Source: a virus
Virus record (IMG/VR): IMGVR_UViG_3300035188_001379
Location: 64,001 to 128,000 of that record
Direction: 5' to 3' (one strand)
Length of the DNA: 64,000 nucleotides
Shown: piece by piece, positions 56,608 to 64,000 of the stretch
Position numbering within the stretch: the first letter of the stretch is position 1
Layout of the letters: each line of letters starts with the position of its first letter
The notes under the pieces: model-generated
The model's input: only the letters and a program-made list of their open reading frames with translations
The model's database searches: none
What the model was told of the DNA's origin: nothing
Position numbers and translations under genes: made by a program

Positions 56608-58131
56608 ATGCAAAAACGAAAAAAGAAATCTGTAGTTTCACAAAAAATAAAAATGACTGTGCCTGCTAGCGTTATCGAAGAGTGCAGAAGGCTGAAGCAG
56701 CAGAAAAAGGGTTTTACGAAATACCTTTATGAAAAGCTAAAATACAATGGAGAGCAAATCGACTTGGTGTTGCGAGAGCTAAAAAAAGGATTTTTAGACA
56801 AAAAATCTAGCGGTCCTGTGGAAGAGGACGTTGAGTGGGAGAGCAGTCTCAAATTTACTGATAAATATATCTACAACAAGCAAGACGACAAATACATCAT
56901 GCATCTCAAGTCAGCCAACGGAAACATTGTTCTTCCGGGCGACACTGTGAGAGGAATCAAAGAGAACTATTCAAACTGGGTAGGTGAAGAGCATTCGATC
57001 AATCAAGTGTGTCGGAACTACCAGATTCCTAGAAACTATCTTGTAGAGATTCTCAAGGTACTCGGCATCACTCACGACAGCGAGCCGATCACAGATGAAC
57101 AGATCAACGAAAGAGATGTTAAAGACATCGCTAAAGACATTCTACAGAAAAAGAAGTTCAATCTCTATCAGGAGTTTCAAAAGCGTAGCTGGAAAGAAAC
57201 AGAAGAAGATGCTTCTAAATGGAGAAGATTACAAGAAGGTGTAATAGACCCTTTTACAAATTTTATCAATTCGTGGAATCCTCCGCCTAGAGAAAAAGTA
57301 TCGTACAAAGGCTCTCCAGTAGGTAATAAGCCTAGAAAATCTTTCGTAGTAGGTTTGTCAGACGTGCACTTTGGAGCCAAATCCAACCCAAAAGACTCGT
57401 ATAGAAATAAAGGCTATAGCACGCAAGACGCAGTAAACTATATTAAGAAATATGTACAAGAGATTAAAGAAGCAGTCGAATCGAGGAATTACCATTTTGA
57501 CGAGTGCGTGCTTGCTGCCATGGGTGATATCCTACACACTACAGGCGCTGGATTCACCACCAAAGGAACTATGCTTGTACACGATTGCATCAAGGAAGAG
57601 CAGTTCGCTAGCGCATTCAATAGCATTGTTCTGCTAATTGACTCTCTGCTTGAAATCTTTCCTAAAGTTCGTGTCAACAGCGTTAAAGGAAATCATAACG
57701 ACTTTGGAGACTGGGTGCTGTTTAAAACCCTCGAGGCCTACTATCGTACAGAGCCAAGAATCTCTATAGATGTGTTCCAAACTGACCACGGACTGTTTAA
57801 GGTTAAGAGCACTTTGTTTGTGATTTCTCACGGCTATAGCGCAGAATACAAAGGCAGGTTGCCGAGTGGAAAAGAAAGAGAAAGGTATATCGCAAATCTT
57901 TTCCTCAGTAGGCCTGAAGAGTTGATTGGAGCTAAACAAAAAGTGTTGTTAACAGCAGACCAGCATCATCTTGAGATGAAAGAATATGCTGAGTTCGAGC
58001 ACTATATGCTTTCTACCGTAGTCAAAGGAGACAAACACAGTGATGCGTTTGGATTGAACAATATCGCTAGGCAGAGTTGTTTTGTGGTAGACGAGACAGG
58101 CATCAAAGAGATAGTCTATTGCTACAGCTAG
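56608..58131 (+). CDS. Metallophosphoesterase with N-terminal helical/HTH-like region
   Basis: LSDVHFG, MGDILH, KGNHN, SHG, ADQHH. Confidence 0.8.
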   Translation: MQKRKKKSVVSQKIKMTVPASVIEECRRLKQQKKGFTKYLYEKLKYNGEQIDLVLRELKKGFLDKKSSGPVEEDVEWESSLKFTDKYIYNKQDDKYIMHLKSANGNIVLPGDTVRGIKENYSNWVGEEHSINQVCRNYQIPRNYLVEILKVLGITHDSEPITDEQINERDVKDIAKDILQKKKFNLYQEFQKRSWKETEEDASKWRRLQEGVIDPFTNFINSWNPPPREKVSYKGSPVGNKPRKSFVVGLSDVHFGAKSNPKDSYRNKGYSTQDAVNYIKKYVQEIKEAVESRNYHFDECVLAAMGDILHTTGAGFTTKGTMLVHDCIKEEQFASAFNSIVLLIDSLLEIFPKVRVNSVKGNHNDFGDWVLFKTLEAYYRTEPRISIDVFQTDHGLFKVKSTLFVISHGYSAEYKGRLPSGKERERYIANLFLSRPEELIGAKQKVLLTADQHHLEMKEYAEFEHYMLSTVVKGDKHSDAFGLNNIARQSCFVVDETGIKEIVYCYS

Positions 58132-58155
58132 ACTGTGCATATTTAGGCTATTTAT

Positions 58156-58164
58156 TGGTATAAT
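58156..58164 (+). promoter_or_regulatory. Extended -10 promoter TGGTATAAT upstream of tRNA-Ile2
   Basis: Shares TTGGTATAATATATTGAT with the 47856 site. Confidence 0.7.
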
Positions 58165-58202
58165 ATATTGATAGGGAAGCACTAGCTTTCAAATCAATGA
58201 AT

Positions 58203-58278
58203 GGGCCTGTAGCTCAATGGTCAGAGCAGGGCACTCATAATGCCTTGGTTGGGGGTTCGAATCCCTCCAGGCCTACCA
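58203..58278 (+). tRNA. tRNA-Ile2(CAT, lysidine type) more likely than Met
   Basis: GGGCCTGTAGCTCAA...GAGCAGGGCACTCATAATGCC body resembles Ile2; encoded CCA. Confidence 0.85.
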
Positions 58279-58312
58279 TTCATTTAAGTTCACCAACCCA
58301 ACCTAGCCCAAT

Positions 58313-59006
58313 ATGTATTCAACTCAGTTAGACAAAGTTCAAGTTAAGATCGCTAAGCTCGAAAAGCTCAAAGCGAAAGCAGCAAAGCTCAAGCACGAGA
58401 TTGCGAGTGCGTTGGCCCTTACTGCTCCTCTAGATCACAGGGTAAGTGCTCCAGAGATCGCAAACATTCCATCAGGCTCGAGAGCAAGAAACATATGGCC
58501 AAAGTCCCCTGAGTGGGACAAAGCCACTTTTCAAGTCTTAGAAGTCACTGGAAAAATCAATCAGTATTATGCTCCTGGCATCTGGTTCAAAACCAATGAG
58601 TGGGAGCTTGCCAAGCAGCATCTGGAAACAAACCTTACCAAAGGGAACATCTGGATCAGCGAGGCCTGGATTCAAGACGGAGAACTGTTCACAGGCAGCA
58701 GAAAAAGAGTAGCTACAAAGTAGTATTATGATTCACACAGAAATACTACTGAAGAAGGCTCTCGTCAAAGATGCTGTTGAAGCTCTTCGAAAAGAGATTG
58801 AAGATACCTTTAAAGGTAAAACAGTCTTTTTTGAGAAAGATGGTCCTTGCGCAGTTGAGAGCGTGTTCATATATAATGACGCATCCGAAGCTGAATGGAC
58901 CACTGGAGATCTATGGGTGACGTTTCTTCCTGAGAAAGAAGAAGACGACGACATGATGGTTTTTTGTCCCATAGATGATCTGGACAAGCTGAAAATTCTG
59001 GTCTAG
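58313..59006 (+). CDS. Two hypothetical CDSs (58313-58723, 58728-59006)
   Basis: In-strand ORFs with A/C-rich leader. Confidence 0.6.
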
Positions 59007-59017
59007 ATTAAAAGAAC

Positions 59018-59102
59018 GCCGGTGTGGCGGAATGGCAGACGCAACGGACTTAAAATCCGTTGGGGAGCAATCCTCGTGTGGGTTCGAGTCCCACCATCGG
59101 CA
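59018..59102 (+). tRNA. tRNA-Leu(TAA), CCA not encoded
   Basis: Loop CT-TAA-AA, long variable arm, A73 followed by CTT. Confidence 0.93.
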
Positions 59103-59263
59103 CTTTCAAATCTTATGCACGAGATATTTCAGTACTTGTTTTTGGTTATTCTAGATGTAGTTTTTATGAAGAATGTTTCTCCCATCTACATAAAAACTAC
59201 ATTCGCCCTGCTTGCTTTTTTGAGTGCATTGATGCTCACTAGAGCTGCATTGAAAAGATTCAC

Positions 59264-59340
59264 GCACCAGTAGCTCAGCTGGATAGAGCAACGGATTTCT
59301 AATCCGTCGGTCGCAGGTTCGAATCCTGCCTGGTGCACCA
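59264..59340 (+). tRNA. tRNA-Arg(TCT)
   Basis: Cloverleaf, loop TT-TCT-AA, encoded CCA. Confidence 0.95.
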
Positions 59341-59372
59341 CTTCGGTAAGTAAACAACAAACAAAGCAGACA

Positions 59373-59516
59373 ATGAACAAAAACACCCGAGCTAAGAAAA
59401 AGTTGGAAAAGTCCTCAACAAAAGGAACAGCATGCGTCTCAGACTTCAAGCTGAGGCATTTGAATCCTCAGAACAAAAGAGGAAGTGCATGGCAGGGCGC
59501 AAGTCCTAAGAAGTAG
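59373..59516 (+). CDS. 47-aa highly basic peptide
   Basis: MNKNTRAKKKLEKSSTKG...RGSAWQGASPKK with A/C-rich leader; last gene before a terminator. Confidence 0.5.
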   Translation: MNKNTRAKKKLEKSSTKGTACVSDFKLRHLNPQNKRGSAWQGASPKK

Positions 59517-59536
59517 AGAATACTCTATTTAGTTCG

Positions 59537-59586
59537 AGCCCCTATAGAGCGCAGATGTGCGTTTCTATAGGGGCTTTTTTTTAGCC
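59537..59586 (+). terminator. Intrinsic terminator ending T-run+AGC
   Basis: AGCCCCTATAGA...TCTATAGGGGCT then TTTTTTTAGCC. Confidence 0.85.
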
Positions 59587-59616
59587 TATAGAGGTGCATA
59601 TAATATGCGGTATTTT

Positions 59617-59625
59617 TGGTATAAT
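59617..59625 (+). promoter_or_regulatory. Extended -10 promoter TGGTATAAT
   Basis: Exact motif about 30 nt after the terminator. Confidence 0.7.
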
Positions 59626-59663
59626 ATTATGAGGGAGTTTTCCCTATAAGAAACAGCATACCC

Positions 59664-60493
59664 ATGGACCCAGATCCAACAAAGCACTGTGACTGCCCTA
59701 AATGCAAAGCATTGAGGGGAGAAAAATTACCCGTCAACAGATGGGTATCTAGAGAGAGACAAGTAGCGAAAAGCAAGAACACGATGCTTGCTGACGCTAT
59801 ACAACAAGAAGAGGACAGAGACCATCAACCACCAGGAATCAGACTATGGAAAAGAAAATAAACCTATACAACCTAGAGAACACAATCATATCACTCGCAG
59901 CAGTGGTAGTAGCAGTTCTCTCGTTCGTTTATCTGGGCGACAAATATCTCGACCAGAGACAAGCAGAGATAGATAAGCTCAACGATCTTCTTGACCAGAA
60001 GGTTGTAGAAGTCGAGCGCTTGAGAGGCGCACTTATCGAGAAAGAGGATGAAATCGTAGAGTTGAGATATACCTACGCAAGAGAAGTAACAAAAAAACTC
60101 GCAAGAAAATGACAAACCTACAAAAGCTAGCCAAGATTAATGAAGAGATGCGTAAGCTGCTCACTGAAGTTGAAAATCTTCGAGATCTAGGTCAGTTGCT
60201 CAGTATCCCAGAGATTCTGAGCAAGGCTGAGAAGCTGCAGAAAGAAGGAGCACTTTTGATTTCAAAGATAAATGCAAAACGTTCTAGAGATCATCAGAGC
60301 TGACCACGATAGAAGACTCGAAGCAGCACGAAAGCGTGTTGCTGAGGCTAGTGAGATGAGCAAGGCCTCACACTGGACAGACGGTTACATGACACTTGAA
60401 AAGCTACGAAAAGCTCACGAGGAATACATGAAGCTTATCAAAGAAGAAGCATTTCTAATGAACCTGCTTTTAGGTAAAGTGCCATTGAACTAG
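59664..60493 (+). CDS. Four small hypothetical CDSs (59664-59861, 59846-60112, 60109-60303, 60272-60493)
   Basis: Overlapping in-strand ORFs between promoter and terminator. Confidence 0.55.
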
Positions 60494-60502
60494 TTGAAGA
60501 GA

Positions 60503-60546
60503 GAGTAGCAGCAGGGTGACACCTGTTTGCTGCTCTTTTTTTAGCT
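60503..60546 (+). terminator. Intrinsic terminator ending T-run+AGCT
   Basis: GAGTAGCAGCAGG-GTGACA-CCTGTTTGCTGCTC then TTTTTTTAGCT. Confidence 0.8.
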
Positions 60547-60597
60547 CTTGGGTACCCCCCCGGTATATCTCAAGCATCTTGAGGTATATTATTATAG

Positions 60598-60933
60598 ATG
60601 AGAGCAACTAGCCCATCAATATACAAGCCTGTCAGTCAGGCAACCAGCAGAGTTGAATCTGCTTTGCGGGTCGAAGTAACACTTCAAGCAGGCATAGTCA
60701 CGCAAGTGGTTGTTGCCTCGCAAGATTTTCCTGTAGGGCCAGACGACCTCTGGTTTGAGGAAAACATTTCATTGAAAAATGCGGTATTCAATGAATCTCT
60801 CTTGGTAAGTCGTATCAGTACCGAACAGTATAGAAAGCTCATACGCTTGGTATACAGCTCGGACGAGATATTGTATGGCGACGGACCAACAGTGAACAGA
60901 GAGAACACTGAAGTAACCTTGGAGGTCTTCTAG
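60598..60933 (+). CDS. Hypothetical protein (single-gene unit)
   Basis: 111-aa ORF between an AGGTATATT -10 variant and a hairpin/T-run. Confidence 0.55.
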   Translation: MRATSPSIYKPVSQATSRVESALRVEVTLQAGIVTQVVVASQDFPVGPDDLWFEENISLKNAVFNESLLVSRISTEQYRKLIRLVYSSDEILYGDGPTVNRENTEVTLEVF

Positions 60934-61028
60934 ACCTGAGCGCGCTCCCTTTGAGGGAGGTAAGCCGCTTTTTTTAGCATATACCCCCACCCCTCTCCCC
61001 TACCCCCCTCCCTAAAACCTAGATACTC

Positions 61029-61037
61029 TGGTATAAT
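61029..61037 (+). promoter_or_regulatory. Extended -10 promoter TGGTATAAT
   Basis: Exact motif; ATG 7 nt downstream suggests a leaderless mRNA. Confidence 0.7.
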
Positions 61038-61043
61038 ACCTTG

Positions 61044-61211
61044 ATGAAAACACTAGCACTCAGCTTAGTTTTGTTGGTCACCGTAAACGCACAGGCTCTT
61101 GTGACTACCTGGGACTTTCTGTATTATGCAGAAACTGATCCTTGGGAATTGCAGGAAGAACTTGTGGAAGAAACACCGGTAGTTACTACCAGCGGTTCTT
61201 TCAATAGCTAA
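61044..61211 (+). CDS. 55-aa exported acidic peptide, probably leaderless
   Basis: Signal-peptide-like MKTLALSLVLLVTVNAQA; below ORF-track cutoff. Confidence 0.5.
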   Translation: MKTLALSLVLLVTVNAQALVTTWDFLYYAETDPWELQEELVEETPVVTTSGSFNS

Positions 61212-61231
61212 CCATTCAACCACCCATACAC

Positions 61232-61471
61232 ATGAGATCAAAAGAAATCGAAACACTTCACAGAATTAACGACGTGCTTCAGTTGCTGTTTGAAAAGATC
61301 AGCAACAACAGCACAAACCCTTTCGAGATTCTGGACGCACTTGATGAAACAATCGAACTTGTTCAAGAAATCGCTGAGATTATTCCTCACGACAGTTTCT
61401 ACAGACGAGTTCCAGAAGAGCATCTTGTGGGTTTGAAGAAACTTCGAGATGAGGTAGTTTCTGGGCTGTGA
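61232..61471 (+). CDS. Helical hypothetical protein, paralog of 62443-62679
   Basis: MR(S/T)KE...NPF(E/D)(I/V)(L/I)D.(L/V)D..(I/L)EL. Confidence 0.7.
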   Translation: MRSKEIETLHRINDVLQLLFEKISNNSTNPFEILDALDETIELVQEIAEIIPHDSFYRRVPEEHLVGLKKLRDEVVSGL

Positions 61472-61485
61472 ATTGCTGCACAGCC

Positions 61486-61528
61486 AAACCCCACCCCAAT
61501 CTGGGGGTGGGCGGATCTTTTTTTAGCT
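61486..61528 (+). terminator. Intrinsic terminator, duplicated at 62917-62960
   Basis: CCCACCCC-AATCTG-GGGGTGGG-CGGATC-T7-AGCT. Confidence 0.8.
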
Positions 61529-61559
61529 AGCAGCCCTTTTAAAAAAACATACATATTTG

Positions 61560-61568
61560 TGGTATAAT
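61560..61568 (+). promoter_or_regulatory. Extended -10 promoter TGGTATAAT
   Basis: Exact motif ahead of a ~460-nt region lacking a credible ORF. Confidence 0.7.
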
Positions 61569-61574
61569 ATTTTG

Positions 61575-62036
61575 AATAGAAATTTATAGCATATAGCTAT
61601 AGGCTACTGTTCCAAGCATGCTAAGAAAGTATGCAGTGAGTCACGACTAAACAGGGCTAACTATGCTGAGAATAGTATAAGGTTCGATCTGCCAAAGAGG
61701 TCCGAAGTATGCTATGATAGTATACAGCCTTGGGATACAGGCCAAAGTCGAATAACACATATCCCCAAAAGCATGCTATGTAAGTATGCAGTACGGTTCA
61801 CCGCTAAACGGGAGCAGTCTAGGAGTAAAGACTCAGCAGTGTATATTCGCAATTTAGAATATACAAAACTGCTACTCACTGCGCTATACAGCGAAAATAG
61901 CCCGATCGCTTGGAGAGGCGGAATGGCGTGGCACACACGTCTAAATACAAGTGTGTAGACTAGTGGACAGTCTGGAGTCCGTCCACTGACGAAGCAGGCT
62001 CTCGTCATGTCATATATAACAAATAGTTATATATGA
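61575..62036 (+). ncRNA. Candidate structured ncRNA or long 5' leader
   Basis: Four ATGCT-N5/6-AGTAT hairpins, a duplicated AAGCATGCTA..AAGTATGCAGT..TCAC..CTAAAC(A)GGG block, and several more perfect stems. Confidence 0.6.
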
Positions 62037-62446
62037 TAAAACCTGCAGCTTTTCATATGAAACCCATGAAACAGGAGAGAGTCAGAGTAGTACTTCCTTA
62101 CCTAGAAGGCTATCTTCTAGAAAGGTTAAGCAACCCAAGATGGCCTATGAACATGGGTAAAACCAGACATGTAGGCGGAGGAATAGAGAACAATGAAACC
62201 CCAGAACAGGCAGCAAGCAGAGAGCTGTTTGAGGAGCTCGGAGTAACTATACCTCCAGCTTCTTTTGAGAAACTTGGTTCCCACGAGAATCAACACTATT
62301 TGATCGTGAAAGATCATGGTCTTGTTCCTGGTGTGTATAAAGCATCTGTAGGCTCAGATGAGTATATACATCTTGTAGCAGGAGATCTCAAGGAAGCTCA
62401 GTATATCGGCCCTAGACTAGAAACCCTAACCCAACCCACACAATGA
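62033..62446 (+). CDS. NUDIX hydrolase
   Basis: NUDIX box GGGIENNETPEQAASRELFEELG; start may be a downstream Met. Confidence 0.85.
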   Translation: MIKPAAFHMKPMKQERVRVVLPYLEGYLLERLSNPRWPMNMGKTRHVGGGIENNETPEQAASRELFEELGVTIPPASFEKLGSHENQHYLIVKDHGLVPGVYKASVGSDEYIHLVAGDLKEAQYIGPRLETLTQPTQ

Positions 62447-62904
62447 GAACTAAAGAAGAACTCACGTATCTTATTGAGCTGATGAAAATCACTTTTAAGA
62501 TAATAGAATCGACTGAGTCACACAACCCATTCGACGTTATCGACAATGTTGACAGAGCGCTAGAGCTTTTCGAGGAGTTGATCAGCGTAGCTGTGGACCC
62601 GCAGTTTAAGTCTGAAGCTGAAGAAAAACGAGATAGCCTGGTGAATTTTCGGCAATTCGTTCTTGATAACGCAAACTAATCTTCAACCCAACCAACAAAC
62701 ATGACAGCCACAAAAGAGCAGCAAAGGCTCCTAGACTTCTTGTGCGAGAAATATGATCTTGCCGAGAAAGCTGGAAATCAGATCAAGCAGCTAGAGATGA
62801 TAGACCGTATCATTCTGTTTGATGAAGACCATCCTGGAATCATCTCTAAGGAGAAGCTTGAGAAAATTAAACAGATTGGTGAAGAGATACTAAAAAACCT
62901 CTAG
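62443..62904 (+). CDS. Two helical hypothetical CDSs (62443-62679 paralog of 61232; 62701-62904)
   Basis: Paralog motif NPFDVIDNVDRALEL; A/C-rich leaders. Confidence 0.65.
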
Positions 62905-62916
62905 CCGCTCAGATGT

Positions 62917-62960
62917 AAACCCCGCCTCGATTCTGAGGTGGGTGGATCTTTTTTTTAGCT
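62917..62960 (+). terminator. Intrinsic terminator, duplicate of 61486-61528
   Basis: CCCGCCTC-GATTCT-GAGGTGGG-TGGATC-T8-AGCT. Confidence 0.8.
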
Positions 62961-63129
62961 GTTAGGTTTAATTCTTGTTGTATATAATTACTCTAGCTTT
63001 AAGTGCGAAACTATATCCTGTGTTTTTTTGAATAGTATTTTTATTTAAAACAAATCAGTTTAAATTTTGACGTACGTTTTACAAGCTATCCGAAAGTTTC
63101 CAGCTTAAATTATAAAGAAAAATAAAAAT

Positions 63130-63576
63130 ATGCCGGCAGAATCAAAAGCACAACAAAGACTAATGGGTATGGCGCTAGCAGCTAAAAGGGGTAAAGGAGA
63201 GTATAGCGATAAAGTAAAAGAGCTAGCTGATAGTATGAGTGAAAAGCAGCTTATGGAATACGCTAAAACTAAAATTTCAGACCTACCCGAAAAGAAAGCA
63301 TTCATTCTAGGTTTTGTAAAAAAAGCCGAGGAATATAGCATATCTAAAAGCAATGCTCTCGAATTGCTGAAAGAGGCTGCCCCTGCTCTCAGAGCGCTGC
63401 AAGAAGTATTAGGTAGTTCTGCAGGGAGAGCACTTATGGAGGGAGTCGCCGATCCAACTAGAGCGGCTCTAGCAAGAGGTAAAGTTTCAGGACAAGATCT
63501 TATGCTAAGACGCAGGCTAGCTGATACTGCTAAAAAACTAAGAAGAAAGTTTAACACAGACCATACGTCATTTTAA
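63130..63576 (+). CDS. Hypothetical basic protein (DUF3008-like N-terminus), possibly virion-associated
   Basis: MPAESKAQQRLMGMALAAKRG...SMSEKQL..YA; KKAFILGFVKKA. Confidence 0.6.
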   Translation: MPAESKAQQRLMGMALAAKRGKGEYSDKVKELADSMSEKQLMEYAKTKISDLPEKKAFILGFVKKAEEYSISKSNALELLKEAAPALRALQEVLGSSAGRALMEGVADPTRAALARGKVSGQDLMLRRRLADTAKKLRRKFNTDHTSF

Positions 63577-63594
63577 TTATAGGCTAGCCTGCGC

Positions 63595-64000
63595 ATGAAC
63601 TACAACACACCTATTAGAGACGTTTCAAACCCTGTGATTAACGCAGGGCTTGAAGCTTTATTTGGCAAGAATCTTATTCCTTCAAGGCTTGAAGGAGAAG
63701 ACATGATAGACGCTCTTAATAGGCGAGATCGTACACTAGCTTTTAGAGAGAGTGCTGCAAACAATTTTGCAGATAATCCAATTGTTAGCCGCCTAGGTGA
63801 AAAAGGGTCTAAAGCCTTGGGTAAAATGGACGCACTCTCCGGGGGCAAGCTCAGCGGTTTCTTGAGTCCTATGCTTGGCGGTAACACATATAAGGCTACA
63901 GAAAATGTGCATAACATGCTGCACAATCCTGCAGCTATGAGTGCTTTTGGTGGAGGAAATCACAATTCCGAGAATATTATGAAGGCATTACACAAGAACT
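63595..64000 (+). CDS. Partial CDS running off the window end (possible virion protein)
   Basis: Open from ATG 63595 to the edge; Gly/Ala-rich (MNYNTPIRDVSNPVINAGLEALFG...). Confidence 0.55.
   Translation, partial: MNYNTPIRDVSNPVINAGLEALFGKNLIPSRLEGEDMIDALNRRDRTLAFRESAANNFADNPIVSRLGEKGSKALGKMDALSGGKLSGFLSPMLGGNTYKATENVHNMLHNPAAMSAFGGGNHNSENIMKALHKN

Noticed and set aside
59060-59449. ORFs overlapping tRNA-Leu and tRNA-Arg (59022, 59060, 59151, 59186)
   Set aside because: They translate through tRNA sequences; only a short TM peptide between the two tRNAs is possible and I could not support it
62990-63125. Replication origin in the AT-rich gap
   Set aside because: AT-rich but no iterons or DnaA boxes seen; a promoter region for 63130 explains it
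1-64000. Stop-codon reassignment (alternative genetic code)
   Set aside because: Core genes are full length in code 11; TAA, TAG and TGA all end well-defined genes; no clear suppressor tRNA
1-64000. CRISPR array
   Set aside because: No run of identical 25-45 nt repeats with unique, regular spacers; the 28.6-kb and 61.6-kb repeats are few, degenerate and irregularly spaced
1-64000. Prophage boundary, integrase or IS element
   Set aside because: No recombinase, transposase, att-like repeat or host gene block in the window

Overview
This window is part of a large (jumbo-type) lytic dsDNA phage genome; I see no host housekeeping genes, integrase or CRISPR array. Positions 1-49.7 kb are densely packed on the + strand. 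They carry a replication/recombination/repair module (SbcD- and SbcC-like nuclease pair, UvsE, SF2 helicase, primase, DnaB-like helicase, UDG-fused family A DNA polymerase, RecA, RuvC-like resolvase, HhH glycosylase, ThyX, DNA ligase, RNA ligase), a tRNA operon, and many small paralogous accessory genes. A - strand block (49.7-55 kb) holds a lysis cassette and a probable portal. A + strand block (55-64 kb) holds an FN3 virion protein, more tRNAs and short promoter/terminator-bounded units. The strongest candidate for a new system is a four-gene ubiquitin-like cassette inside the replication module (19579-23035): a Ubl ending GG-NE, an internal terminator, a 688-aa orphan, a JAB/JAMM protease and an E1/ThiF with a candidate catalytic Cys, with no recognisable E2 or sulfur-transfer partner. 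Other highlights are a tRNA-like gene with a 34-nt anticodon loop, an rrn-type boxB/boxA signal in the tRNA operon, a tandem two-copy structured RNA motif between tRNAs, and a ~450-nt structured RNA with four repeated hairpins that ends in a stem hiding a NUDIX start codon. All protein calls come from motif recognition by eye; no database search was run.
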